Shown here: positions 13,822-28,095 of the stretch, in pieces | How the letters are laid out: every line of letters begins with the position of its first letter | Numbering within the stretch: position 1 is the first letter of the stretch | Source: Eledone cirrhosa | Taxonomy: Eukaryota | Assembly: GCA_964016885.1 (NCBI GenBank) | Contig: OZ024757.1 | Coordinates: 19,840,001-19,904,000 of the forward strand | Reading direction: 5' to 3' | DNA: 64,000 nt | Translations under genes and position numbers: made by a program | Notes under the pieces: generated by a model | What the model was told of the DNA's origin: nothing | Seen by the model: only the letters and a program-made list of their open reading frames with translations | Database searches by the model: none

Positions 13822-16800
13822 GCTTCTTCTTGTGACACTAAACTCCGCCAGTTGCAGACTGTGCATTAACATAAGATATTTCTCTCCACAAAGTTCCACC
13901 AACAGCAGAGTTTAAAGAGCAAAGATCAAATCCAGTCCATAAGTTGACATTATCAAGCCATCGTTTTGGCTACCGGCCTCTGCTTCTCTTACCAGCCAAC
14001 CTTCCTTCCAGGCATGACCTACTCACACCAGGAGTTGATCTTTTTATATGACCGTATAGTTTGTCTACTCTCGACTTTGATGTAATTGGTCTAAGTTTGG
14101 TAATGTTGAGCAGCTACCTGATAAAGATACAGTCACTGAGCCGCTTGTCAGTCATAGGTCTCATGATGTGGTTCTGGAATGTAGAGAGCTTCTGAAGTGA
14201 CCTTGTTGTCCAATTAACACAGTCAAGACCAGCTCACTGATACAGATACGGTCGCTGAGCCGCTTGTCAGTCATAAGTCTCATGATGTGGTTCTGGAATG
14301 TAGAGAGCTTCTGAAGTGACCTTGTTGTCCAATTAACACAGTCAAGACCAGCTCACTGATACAGATACAGTCACTGGGCCACTTGCCAGTCATAAGTCTC
14401 ATGATGTGGTTCTGGAATGTAGAGAGCTTCTCAAGTGACCTTGTTGTCCAATTAACACAGTCAAGACCAGCTCACTGATACAGATACGGTCGCTGAGCCG
14501 CTTGTCAGTCATAAGTCTCATGATGTGCTTCTGGAATGTAGAGAGCTTCTGAAGTGACCTTGTTGTCCAATTAACACAGTCAAGACCAGCTCACTGATAC
14601 AGATACGCTCGCTGAGCTGCTTGCCAGTCATAAGTCTCATGATGTGGTTCTGGAATGTAGAGAGCTTCTCAAGTGACCTTGTCGTGCAATTAACACAGTC
14701 AAGACCAGCTCACTGATACAGATACAGTCGCTGAGCCGCTTGTCAGTCATAAGTCTCATGATGTGGTTCTGGAATGTAGAGAGCTTCTGAAGTGACCTTG
14801 TTGTCCAATTAACACAGTCAAGACCAGCTCACTGATACAGATACAGGTCACTGAGCCGCTTGCCAGTCATAAGTCTCATGATATGGTTCTGCAATGTAGG
14901 GAGCTTCTCAAGTGACCTTGTCGTCTAATTAACACAGTCAAGAGCAGCTCACTGATACAGATACGGTCGCTGAGCTGCTTGCCAGTCATAAGTCTCAAGA
15001 TGTGCTTCTGGAATGTAGAGAGCTTCTCAAGTGATCTTGTCGTCCAATTAACACAGTCAAGACCAGCTCACTGATACAGATACGGTCGCTGAGCCGCTTG
15101 TCAGTCATAAGTCTCATGATGTGCTTCTGGAATGTAGAGAGCTTCTCAAGTGACCTTGTCGTCCAATTAACACAGTCAAGACCAGCTCACTGATACAGCT
15201 ACACGTCACTGAGCCGCTTGCCAGTCATAAGTCTCATGATGTGGTTCTGGAATATAGAGAGCTTCTCAAGTGACCTTGTCGTCCAATTGACACAGTCAAG
15301 ACCAGCTCACTGATACAGATACGGTCGCTGAGCCACTTGCCAGTCATAAGTCTCATGATGTGGTTCTGGAATGTAGAGAGCTTCTCAAGTGACCTTCTCG
15401 TCCAATTAACACAGTCAAGACCAGCTCACTGATACAGATACACGTCACTGAGCCGCTTGCCAGTCATAAGTCTCATGATGTGGTTCTGGAATGTAGAGAG
15501 CTTCTCAAGTGACCTTCTCGTCCAATTAACACAGTCAAGACCAGCTCACTGATACAGATACACGTCACTGAGCCGCTTGCCAGTCATAAGTCTCATGATG
15601 TGCTTCTGGAATGTAGAGAGCTTCCCAAGTGACCTTGTCGTCCAATTAACACAGTCAAGACCAACTCACTGATACAGATACACGTCACTGAGCCGCTTGC
15701 CAGTCATAAGTCTCATGATGTGGTTCTGGAATGTAGAGAGCTTCTCAAGTGACCTTGTCGTCCAATTAACACAGTCAAGAGCAGCTCACTGATACAGATA
15801 CGGTCACTGAGCCATTTGCCAGTCATAAGTCTCACAATGTGGTTCTGGAATGTAGAGAGCTTCTCAAGTGACCTTGTTGTCCAAGTAACACAGTCAAGAC
15901 CAGCTCACTGATACAGATATACGTCACTGAGCCACTTGTCAGTCATAAGTCTCATGATGTGGTTCTGGAATGTAGAGAGCTTCTCCAGTGACCTTGTCAT
16001 CCAATTAACACAGTCAAGACCAGCTCACTGATACAGATACACGTCGCTGAGCAGCTTGTCAGTCATAAGTCTCATGATGTGGTTCTGGAATGTAGAGAGC
16101 TTCTCCAGTGACCTTGTCATCCAATTAACACAGTCAAGACCAGCTCACTGATACAGATACACGTCGCTGAGCAGCTTGTCAGTCATAAGTCTCATGATAT
16201 GGTTCTGGAATGTAGAGAGCTTCTGAAGTGACCTTGTCGTCCAATTAACACAGTCAAGACCAGCTCACTGATACAGATATACGTCACTGAGCCGCTTGCC
16301 AGTCATAAGTCTCATGATGTAGTTCTGGAATGTAGAGAGCTTCTCAACTGACCTTGTCGTCCAATTAACACAGTCAAGACCAGCTCACTGATACAGATAC
16401 ACGTCGCTGAGCCACTTGCCAGTCATAAGTCTCAAGATGTGGTTCTAGAATGTAGAGAGCTTCTGAAGTGACCTTGTCGTCCAATTAACACAGTCAAGAC
16501 CAGCTCACTGATACAGATACGGTCGCTGAGCCGCTTACCAGTCATAAGTCTCATGATGTGGTTCTAGAATGTAGAGAGCTCTCAAGTGACCTTGTTGTCC
16601 AATTAACACAGTCAAGACCAGCTCACTGATACAGATACAGTCGCTGAGCCGCTTGTCAGTCATAAGTCTCATGACGTGGTTCTGGAATGTAGAGAGCTTC
16701 TCAAGTGACCTTGTTGTCAAATTGACACAGTCAAGACCAGCTCACTGATACAGATACAGTCGCTGAGCCGCTTGCCAGTCATAAGTCTCATGATATGGTT

Positions 16801-16975
16801 CTGGAATGTAGAGAGCTTCCCAAGTGACCTTGTCGTCCAATTAACACAGTCAAGACCATATAACACAACTGGTAGGATGTAAGTATCACAGATCTGAGCC
16901 TTCAAATGATAGGGAACTCGTTTTGATGTTAGAACTTCCTTGTTCTTGTTGAAAGCTGCCCAGCCTAGAGCGATG
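13822..16975 (-). mobile_element. RTE-clade LINE 3' portion (family R3) with internal tandem amplification
   Basis: GWAAFNKNKEVL...ILPVVLYGLDCVNWT... before the array and KLYGHIKR...LEGRLAGKRSRGR*PKRWLDNV plus (AAG)n tail after it. Confidence 0.85.
14125..16858. repeat. 119/120-bp tandem array, ~23 copies, derived from LINE coding sequence
   Basis: Recurrent cacagtcaagaccagctcactgatacagata. Confidence 0.95.
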
Positions 16976-17643
16976 CAATACTGCCCAGCAACCATTGCAT
17001 TGTTGTTTGCTGTAAAGTGGTTAATGTTAAGAAGGGCATCAAGCTTTAATAATGGTTGTAAGTTCAGCAGTTTTACCACCAAGCCAATCACCTACCATTG
17101 CACACCTTGAAACGCAGTCATACTCCAGCGCATCTTGAAACCTAACGCTGATACCATCTTTTCAGCCAACTTATTATTTACCTGACTACCTACCTGTATG
17201 ACCTACCTCTTTATTATCCTATCAACTGCACACCTGTGTCTGTCTGTCTGTGTGTCCATGGTGTGCACTTCCTTTTCTATATCTATCTATAGTGCCTTGT
17301 GTGTTTGTGTTTCCCTTTCCCTCTGAATATGTGTGTGTGGGTGGGTCTATGTATGTGTGTTTGTGTGTGTGCGTAGGTGGGTGGGTGGGTCTATGTATGT
17401 GTGTTTGTGTGTGTGCATGGGTGGGTGGGTCTATGTATGTGTGTTTGTGTGTGTGCATAGGTGGGTGGGTGGGTCTATGTATGTGTGTGCATAGGTGAGT
17501 GGGTGGGTCTATGTATGTGTGTGCATAGGTGGGTGGGTGGGTCTATGTATGTGTGTTTACTTTTGTGTGTGTTTACTTTTCTCTCCGCAATGTGTCTTAG
17601 TCTATGTATGTGTCTGTTTGTGTCTTTGTGTGTGTGGGAGGGT

Positions 17644-17714
<71 letters not shown>

Positions 17715-17719
<5 letters not shown>

Positions 17720-17922
17720 AACGAGTAGGACCCCGACGGCTGAGCTCAAGCCGTTTCGACGGCTAATTCTGGACTCGAATTAGCCGTCCAGAATTAGCCG
17801 TCGAAATGGCTTGAGCTCCGCCGTCGGGGTCCTACTCGTTCCTATTACCCACTTTACTACCCTAAGTATTGAGTACTTTGGTGCGTTATGGTGCACCTGG
17901 TTCCTTACCACATTTCTTCCGT
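17715..17922. mobile_element. Fold-back short element carrying hammerhead 3' halves; relatives at 1073-1218 and 59940-59998
   Basis: Inverted arms 17715-17845; GAAAC GGCT-loop-AGCC GTC GGGGTCC; (TA)n flanks. Confidence 0.7.
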
Positions 17923-17965
<43 letters not shown>

Positions 17966-18224
17966 CCTTGTCTGTCACTCTGTCTCTGTGTGTGTGTGTG
18001 TCCTTGTCTGTCACTCTGTCTCTGAGTCTGAGTGTGTGTGTGTGTGAGACTGTGTGTGTGTGCGACTGTGTGTGTGAGAGACTGTGTGTATCTATTCCAC
18101 CCTTTCATTCCACCCACCAACATAAGTCCACACCCATATTCCAATCCCATCAACTATCTATGATCATTTAATACTGTGAGATAAACTTCCTTCTTTGAAG
18201 CTATTAATAGTTCTGAGGGTGTGT

Positions 18225-18815
18225 TTATACAGGGTTGGTGTTACGATTAAGGCCAACTAGGGCAGCCAACTAGGGCACAGACCTCTGTGAAGTACATTAC
18301 TGGAACTTAAAGGGTCACATTTTTATACAGGGTTGGTGCCACAATTAAGGTCACCAAGGGCAACCAACTATGGTACAGACTTCAGAGAGGTACATTACTG
18401 GAACTTAAAGGGTCACAGTTTTATACAGGGTTGGTGCCACAATTAAGGTCACCAAGGGCAACCAACTATGGTACAGACTTCAGAGAGGTACATTACTGGA
18501 ACTTAAAGGGTCACATTTTTATACAGGGTTGGTGCCACAATTAAGGTCACCAAGGGCAGCCAATTAGGGTACAGACCTCAGAGAGGTACATTACTGGAAC
18601 TTAAAGGGTCACATTTTTATACAGGGTTGGTGTTATGATTAAGGCCACCTAGGGCAGCCAACTAGGGCACAGACCTCAGAGAGGTACATTACTGGAACTT
18701 AAAGGGTCACAGTTTTATACAGGGTTGGTGTTACGATTAAGGCCAACTAGGGCAGCAACCTAGGGTACAGACCTCTGTGAAGTACATTACTGGAACTTAA
18801 AGGGTCACAGTTTTT
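18225..18815. repeat. ~98-bp tandem repeat, 6 copies
   Basis: Unit tttatacagggttggtg...ggaacttaaagggtcaca; start resembles a MITE terminus. Confidence 0.9.
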
Positions 18816-19326
18816 TATATTTTATAGGCCTGATGCTGTATGTATATATGTGTGTGTATGTGTGTTTGTGTATGTTTGTGTATGTCTGTACGTGTGTCTG
18901 TGTGTGCCTGTACTTATGTGTGTGTCTCCATGTATCTGTGTGTGTGTGTGAGTGTATGTGAATGTGTGTCTGTGTTTGTATCTGAGTGTTTGTGTGTGTC
19001 AGTGTGAGTCTGTGTGTGTATCTATGTGTGTGAATGTGTGTGTGTATGTGTCTACCTATATGCATCTGTATATGTTTGTGTGTCTGTCTGTGTCTGTCTG
19101 TGTGTGTCTGTCTGTGTATATCTGTGTGTGTCTGTCTGTGTATATCTGTGTGTGTCTGTCTGTGTCTATCTGTGTGTGTCTATCTGTGTGTGTCTATCTG
19201 TATCTGTGTATGTGTAATGTAGGCCACCACTATTTCCAAAATCCCAAAAGCCCCCAAAATAATAATTTTGTTTATACAGGTGAGAATTTCATATTTCATA
19301 TTAGCTTGCCTGTTATTTTGGCTCCT

Positions 19327-19363
<37 letters not shown>

Positions 19364-19441
19364 TATATATATCTTTCTCTCACTTCCACTCTCTCTCGCT
19401 CGCTCTCTCTCTCTATATATATATCCCTATTTCTGTATCTT

Positions 19442-19490
<49 letters not shown>

Positions 19491-19982
19491 ATGTATGTGT
19501 CTCTGTCTCTCTCCCACCCACCCTCATACAGACATTAATTAATAGAAGTAAGGTTCCTAGACACTCACTCCACCTCTCTTCCCTTCTCAACTCAGGTTGA
19601 AAGCTAACTAATCCAGTTATGCCCCCCCCCTCCCTCCCTCCCCCCCGTTTTTAAAATAAGGCTTCTTTAAATCATTTTATCCTCCCTCTCCCCTTCTTTC
19701 TCCTGCTCCTTCCTAGCCCTCTTATTCCTGAGAGGGGCTTGGGGGAAGAGTCCTCAAACACTCATTCTAACAGATCCTGTCCGAAGCAATTGTCTCCAAC
19801 TGATCCGGCTGGATCCCCCAAGCGAAACCAGCCAAGCTCATGGATATTATCCAACCATCTTGTTCAGGATTGAGTTTTGTTTCTTTACCATCTAAACCAT
19901 AATAAAGTAAGGAGTGCGGGACTGCATACGGTTTGTAATTTTTTTATCCCCTTAGTAAAATAACCTGGATTACTTTGAATAA

Positions 19983-20851
19983 ATAATTGTTTCTACGTTT
20001 GGCACAAGGCCAGCAATTATCCCAGTTAATTACTGGTACGTTATTTCATCGATCCCGTAAGGATGAAAGGCAAAGTTAACCTTGGCGGGATTTGAACTCA
20101 GATCGTAAAGGGACGTAACTATGCTGGAAAGCATGGCGTCCGAACCCTCTACCGATACTGCCAATCCACCGCCCTAGCATGGCGTCCGAACCCTCTACCG
20201 ATACTGCCAATCCACCGCCCTAGCATGGCGTCCGAACCCTCTACCGATACTGCCAATCCACCGCCCTAGCATGGCGTCCGACCCCTCTACCGATACTGCC
20301 AATCCACCGCCCTAGCATGGCGTCCGAACCCTCTACCGATACTGCCAATCCACCGCCCTAGCATGGCGTCCGACCCTCTACCGATACTGCCAATCCACCG
20401 CCCTAGCATGGCGTCCGACCCTCTACCGATACTGCCAATCCACCGCCCTAGCATGGCGTCCGACCCTCTACCGATACTGCCAATCCACCGCCCTAGCATG
20501 GCGTCCGACCCTCTACCGATACTGCCAATCCACCGCCCTAGCATGGCGTCCGACCCTCTACCGATACTGCCAATCCACCGCCCTAGCATGGCGTCTGAAC
20601 CCTCTACCGATACTGCCAATCCACCGCCCTAGCATGGCGTCTGAACCCTCTACCGATACTGCCAATCCACCGCCCTAGCATGGCGTCCGAACCCTCTACC
20701 GATACTGCCAATCCACCGCCCTAGCATGGCGTCCGAACCCTCTACCGATACTGCCAATCCACCGCCCTAGCATGGCGTCCGACCCTCTACCGATACTGCC
20801 AATCCACCGCCCTAGCATGGCGTCCGAACCCTCTACCGATACTGCCAATCC
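19983..20851 (-). mobile_element. SINE S1 with its 45/46-bp head tandemly amplified ~16 times
   Basis: Body 19983-20130; unit gcatggcgtccga(a)ccctctaccgatactgccaatccaccgcccta at 20131-20851. Confidence 0.9.
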
Positions 20852-21195
20852 AGAATGAAGATTAGACAATTTATCTACTAACTTTCGTAGCTGTTGATTA
20901 AATATATTTTATTGTTTATTTAAAGATTCACTTCTTTAAAATTTTCAAACGTCAACCAACACTTCCGGTTAACAATCGCTTAAATAAACAGTCATATATT
21001 TCCGTCTTTAATTTTTTCCTAATGCAGTTTATATATAATATCATGTTTTTTTAATGTATCATGGATTACGTTACTTATTACATAAGACCGTGTAATGCAG
21101 GGTTCGTTCAATTTCTGTGTATATTGTCAATTATGATGTTATTTGATGTATCATATCAACATGCACATATACCTGTGTATAATATCAATATGGAC

Positions 21196-21399
21196 CCACC
21201 ACCACCATCACAACCACCACCACCACCACCACCACCATCACCACCACCACCACAACCACTGCCATTAACAACTTAGTTCATTTCACATTATCAACATCAC
21301 CACCACCACCACCACCACCACCATCACAACCACCACCACCACCACCACCACAACCACTGCCATTAACAACTTAGTTCATTTCACATTATCAACACCACC

Positions 21400-21430
<31 letters not shown>

Positions 21431-21544
21431 CCACCACCACCACCCTCATCTAACTTCTATTCATGTTGCTATGATGTAGTGTACTTTCAGAAGCACATAC
21501 ACATATAGGCACACATACATGCACACATACACACACACATACAT

Positions 21545-21600
<56 letters not shown>

Positions 21601-21852
21601 CAGAAAGGTTAAGATCGCTTGGCAAACTTTAAGTCTCGGGTTCAATCCTGTTATTTTTATCTAAAGGCATTTTGTTCTAATTCCAACCCGCCTGTCCCCT
21701 CAATCTATCTTATTTCTCATTCTTTCTTCTGATGAAGGACTAGCGTCCAAAACATTAAGACCCTCTTGCTGCTATATCAAGCGTTAACCTAATATATCCC
21801 TTTCCCTATACTGTACCGATTGTGTTGTTATCTCTGTTTACCTTTTACATAC

Positions 21853-21883
<31 letters not shown>

Positions 21884-22680
21884 CATATATATAAGTTCTT
21901 CTCACCTTGCTTCAATAGTTTTTTCACTTCTGAGTTGTTTCTGTGTCAAATTCCTTCCAAACACCTCACTTCCAACTGTTTTCCACCTTTTCTTAACTTT
22001 CCCTCCTGTACCAACACCACCCACCCTATCACCACAGCCACCGTCACCACCACCCACCCTATCACCACAGCCACCGTCACCACCACCCACCCTATCACCA
22101 CAGCCACCAACACCTCAATAACAACTTGGTTTATTCCACCTCACCACCACCACTACCAACACCACCAACACCACCACCATCACCACAACCACCACCATCA
22201 CCACCAACATCACTAACACCACCACCATCACCACCAACACCACCACCATCACCACCAACACCACCACAACAACCACCACAACCACCGCCATCACCACCAA
22301 CACCACCACCATCACCACAACCACCACCACCATCATTACCAACACCACTAACACCACCACCATAGCCACCACCATCACCACCATAACCACCACCATCACC
22401 ACAACCACTAACACCACCACCACCATCACCACAACCACCACCATTAACAACTTAGTTCATTTCACATTATCACCACCACCACCACCACCACCACCACCAC
22501 CACCACCACTGCCTTCATCTCACTTCTATTCATATTGTTATGATGTAGTGTACTTTTAGAAGCACATACACATATAGGCACACACACACACATACACACA
22601 CACACACTCACATACATACACACATACATACACACATACATACACACACACATACAGACACATACAGACAGACACACACA
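21196..22680. repeat. (CCA)n/(CA)n tracts with a locally duplicated unique segment
   Basis: attaacaacttagttcatttcacattatc occurs three times; ctattcat-ttg-tatgatgtagtgtacttt occurs twice. Confidence 0.8.
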
Positions 22681-22814
22681 TACAGACACGGTTCCTATCA
22701 CCATGGTTACTGGAGTAGAATAAACACCATCCAATGTTTTTTTTTAAAATATTTTTGTTCCACATACTGTAGGGTGGGGCGGTGGTGGTGGGGAGAGTTC
22801 TATCTCATTATTTG

Positions 22815-23849
22815 TGGCAGTGATTGTCAGTAAAATCAGTAGAGCGTCGGAGAAGATGCTCCACAGCATAGAGTTACGGCCCTTTACGTTCTGAGTTCAA
22901 ATCCCGCCGAGGTTAGCTTTGCTTTTCATACTAACGGGGGTGGGGGGGGGGGGTCGATAAAATTTAGTACCAGTAATGTACTGGGGTCGATAAAATAAAG
23001 TACCAGTGATGTACTGGGGTCGATAAAATAAAGTACCAGTGATGCGGTGAAAAGATATTAATGAGAAAATTTGGAGTTAACTGTAAAAAAAAAACATAAC
23101 TAAAAAATAATAATTGTTTCTACTTTTGGCACAAGGCCAGCAATTATCTCAGTGTATTACTGGTACTTTATTTTATCAACCCCGTAAGGATGAAAGGCAA
23201 AGTTGAGCTCGGCAGGAATTGTACTCAAACTGTAAAGGGCCGTAACTCAATGCTGCAAAGCATGGCGTCCGACCTTCTACCGATACTGCCAATACACCAC
23301 CATATACATATGTGTAAAATAATTGTTTCTACTTTTGGCACAAGGCCAGCAATTATCTCAGTGCATTACTGGTACTTTATTTTATCGACCCCCATAAGGA
23401 TGAAAGGCAAAGTTAACCTCGGCGGGATTTGAACTCAGATCATGAAGGGAGGTAACTCTATGCTTCAAAGCATGGCGTCCGATCCTCTACCGGATCAGTA
23501 AACTTCCATTTTATTAAACAATATTGAAATGTACGTGTGTCATATTGTCGATAGCTGATACGTATGGATGTTAGTTGTTTACTGAGGAGAAATATTTTTA
23601 GGGCTGTTATAAAATATATTTTAACCAAATATTATTTTTTTGTTTTATTATTAATCAGTCGGTGGATTGGCAGTATCGGTAGAGAGTCGGACACCATGCT
23701 TGGCAGCATAGTTACGTACCTTTACGATCTGAGTTCAAATCCCGCCGAGGTTGACTTTGCCTTTCATCCTTACGGTGTAGATAAAATAAAGTACCAGTAA
23801 TGCTCTGGGTAATTGCTGGCCTTGTGCCTAAAGTAGAAACAATTATTAA
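22815..23849. mobile_element. Cluster of four S1 SINEs (+,-,-,+)
   Basis: 22815-23043(+), 23110-23299(-), 23320-23491(-), 23660-23849(+). Confidence 0.85.
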
Positions 23850-24451
23850 TCAGTCCCCAAACACCCAGCCCACACTGTCAATGTGGTTGGCGTTAGGAAG
23901 GGCATCCAGCCATAGGAAACCAGCCCCAAAACACCCAGCCCACACTGTAAAGTGGACGTGTAAAAGACACGGCAAAAAGCACTCAGCCCACACTGTCAAT
24001 GTGGTTGGCATTAGGAAGGGCATCCAGCCATAGACCACCAGCCAGAAACCATCCTATATGAGCGAGGCACGATCACCCGACCCAACTTGCCTCTAAATGG
24101 GACAAACCCGTCTAACCCATGCTAGCGTGGAAGATAGACGTTAATCGATGATGATGATGATGATGAATAAGACATAAAAATTGCAAATAATGTCCAAATT
24201 TCTCTGAGGACCACCAAAATTATCTCTCAGACCACCAGTTGATGACCGCTGGTCTAGGTCACTATTGCTGTGCAACCAACAAGAATGTGTTTTGTTTGAG
24301 GGTCGAAACACCCCCAATGAACAATGGACACTCTCTAATGATCGTGACACCTCCTGGTCATAGTTATGTTCACTGAAGGGGTATGAAGATATAATTACGG
24401 CTGTGTTAAAATTTTGTATGGCAATCTGTTAGCCATTTTTCTTGGCTATAG

Positions 24452-24545
24452 TGTCTGTATGTCTCTCTGGCTTTCTCTCTCTCTCTCTGTCTGTCTGTCT
24501 GTCTCTCTGTCTCTCTGTCTGTCTCTCTGTCTCTCTGTCTGTCTC

Positions 24546-24620
<75 letters not shown>

Positions 24621-25191
24621 GTCTGTCTCTCTGCCTCTCTGTCTGTCTCTCTGTCTGTCTCTCTGCCTCTCTGTCTGTCTCTCTGCTTGTCTGTCTCCCT
24701 CTCTCTCTCTCTCCCTCTCTGTCTGTCTGTCTGTCTCTCTGTCTGTCTCTCTGCCTCTCTGTCTGTCTCTCTGTCTGTCTCTCTGCCTCTCTGTCTGTCT
24801 CTCTGCTTGTCTGTCTCCCTCTCTCTCTCTCTCCCTCTCTGTCTGTCTGTCTGTGTGTCTCTCTGTCTGTCTGTGTGTCTCTCTGTCTGTCTCTCTGTCT
24901 GTCTCTCTGCCTCTCTGTCTGTCTCTCTGCTTGTCTGTCTCCCTCTCCCTCTCTCTCTCTCTCTGCCTGTCTGTCTGTGTGTCTCTCTGTCTGTCTCTCT
25001 GCCTCTCTGTCTGTCTCTCTGTCTGTCTCTCTGCCTCTCTGTCTGTCTCTCTGCTTGTCTGTCTCCCTCTCTCTCTCTCTCTCTCTCTGTCTGTCTGTCT
25101 GTGTGTCTCTCTGTCTGTCTGTGTGTCTCTCCTTGTCTGTCTCTCTGTCTGTCTGACTGACTGTCTCTCTGCCTGTCTGTCTGTCTCTCTC

Positions 25192-25245
<54 letters not shown>

Positions 25246-26110
25246 AATCCCTGTCCTGTCCTGTCCTGTTAGTTGTCTAGTTGTCTCTCTGCCATGTCCC
25301 CCCCCCCCCCTCTCTGCCCCCTTCCCACAGTCCTGTCCTATTATCCAGTTATCTGTCCAGCTGCTGCTGCTGTAAACAGTAACACTGTTAGCTGGTTTGT
25401 CTCCTGCTTCTGTAAATCCCTATTAAGTCCCCTCCACCCACTCTCACAGATACACTCACACACACACACACACTCACACTCACTCACATAGACACTCACA
25501 CACTCACTCACATACCCTCACTCACACACTCACATAGACACTCACACAATCACTCACATACCCTCACTCACACACTCACATAGACACTCACACACTCACT
25601 CACATACCCTCACTCACACACTCACATACCCTCACTCACACAGACACTCACGCACACTTGCAAATACACTCACATACCCTCACATACACACTCACAATGA
25701 CACTCACACAAACACACTTACATCCACATACAGAGAAACAGGCAGAGAAACCCAGTTACCATTGGGAATTACACACTCACACACATACTCACACTCACAC
25801 ACACACACACACACTCACACTCACTCACACACACACACACACACTCTCACACGCACACTCGCACACTCACACATACACACACTCTCTCACACACTCACAC
25901 ATACACACTCACACATACTCACACTCACACTCACACACACTCTCACACACTCACACATACACACACACTCTCTCACACACACTCACACTCTCACACACAT
26001 ACACACACACACTCACACCTACACACACTGACAGAAACACACTCACACCTACACACACACACTGAAAGAAACACACTCACACCTACACACACACACACAC
26101 ACACACACAC
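24452..26110. repeat. (CTGT/CT)n then (CA/CACT)n low-complexity tracts
   Basis: Directly visible. Confidence 0.9.
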
Positions 26111-26229
26111 CCACACAGAGAGACCCAGTTATCACTGGGAATTACATATAGGCATGTGATGTGTCACTCAGCCACTGGTAGTTTCCTAACTACCAACTTG
26201 AATGACACTTTACCTACATACACACACAC

Positions 26230-26276
<47 letters not shown>

Positions 26277-26428
26277 TATATATATATATATATATATGTT
26301 AATGTGTGTGTGTGTGTATATATCTATATTAAAAGTTTGAATAACACCAAAGATTTAAAGCATTCACTATATATATACACACACACACACACCTACACAC
26401 ACAAACACATGTACATATACAAACACGA

Positions 26429-26490
<62 letters not shown>

Positions 26491-26502
26491 GTACAAAGAC
26501 AC

Positions 26503-26537
<35 letters not shown>

Positions 26538-27299
26538 GTACATATACAAACAAGATATGATATATATATATATATATATACATGTACAAAGACACTATAT
26601 ATATATACACACACACGTAGATATACAAACAAGATATGATGTATATATATGTACAAAGACACTATATATATATATATACACACACACATGTACATATGCA
26701 AATACGATATGATGTATATATATATATATATACATGTACAAAGACACTATATATATACACACACACGCGTACATATACAAATACGATATGATGTATATAT
26801 ATATATACACATGTACAAAGACACCATATATATATACACACACACACACGTATATATACAAACAGGATATGATGTATATATATATATATATACATGTACA
26901 AAGACACTATATACACACACACACACGTACATATACAAACAGGATATGATGTATATATATATATATATATACATGTACAAAGACACTATGTATATATATA
27001 TACACACACACACACACACATGTACATATACAAACACGATATGATATATATATATATAGATATATATACACATAAAAAGACTATATATATATATTTATAT
27101 ATATATACACACTCACACAAAAACACACATATATGTATATATAACGCAGATGGTCGTTGACTTAGCTGTTTCTCCCCCCCCCCCCCTTCCTCTATGGAAA
27201 TAATAAACCCCCGCCTTCCCCCATCTTTCCCCACCACCATTGTGTGTCCTATTATCTCTTAACATCCTATAGCACATGAGCAAGACATTCTTGAAATTG

Positions 27300-28095
27300 C
27301 AAAACAGCACTATGACTACATCACATTAGCTGTTAAAGACTTTACTTTAATACTGCAAATTTTTAAAACAATCTGTCCTCTAGTCTTCTTATCTTGGTCC
27401 TGTAACTCGTGATAGAGTCGTAGAGGCACCGTAGTGACATGTGCCGTTTCACAATAATATGTCCACTGGTAAAGATACTATAAACATTTGAGTTAACAGA
27501 CCACATGAAACCACATTAGCAAGACATGGCTACATCACATTAAATATTGAAGTCTTTACTCTAATACTGCAAATGTTCACAATGATCTGTCCACTGGTAA
27601 AGATACTATAAACATTTGAGTTAACAGACCACATGAAACCACATTAGCAAGACATGGCTACATCACATTAAATATTGAAGTCTTTACTCTAATACTGCAA
27701 ATTTTCACAATAATATGTCCACTGGTAAAGATACTATAAACATTTGAGTTAACACCAAATGAAACCACATTCTAGAAAAGTATAAAACAGCGCTATGACT
27801 GTATCACATTAAATATTAAAACGGTGGATTGGCAGTATCGGTAGAGGGTCGGACGCCATGCTTGGCAGCAATGAGTTGTGGCCCTTTTTGGTCTGAGTTC
27901 AAATCCTGCCAAGCTTAACTTTGCTTTCATCCTTACGGGGGTCGATAAAATAAAGTACCAGTAATACACTGGGATAATTGCTGACCTTGTGCCAGAAGTA
28001 GAAACAATTAAATATTAAAACTTTACTTTGATACTGCAAATTTTCACAACGATCTGTCCAGTAGTAAAGACACTATAAATATTTGAATTAACAAA
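27300..28095. repeat. ~129-bp tandem repeat interrupted by a SINE
   Basis: gtccactggtaaagatactataaacatttgagttaaca occurs three times plus diverged flanking copies. Confidence 0.8.
27822..28006 (+). mobile_element. SINE S1 with 14-bp TSD
   Basis: attaaatattaaaa at 27808-27821 and 28007-28020. Confidence 0.88.
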
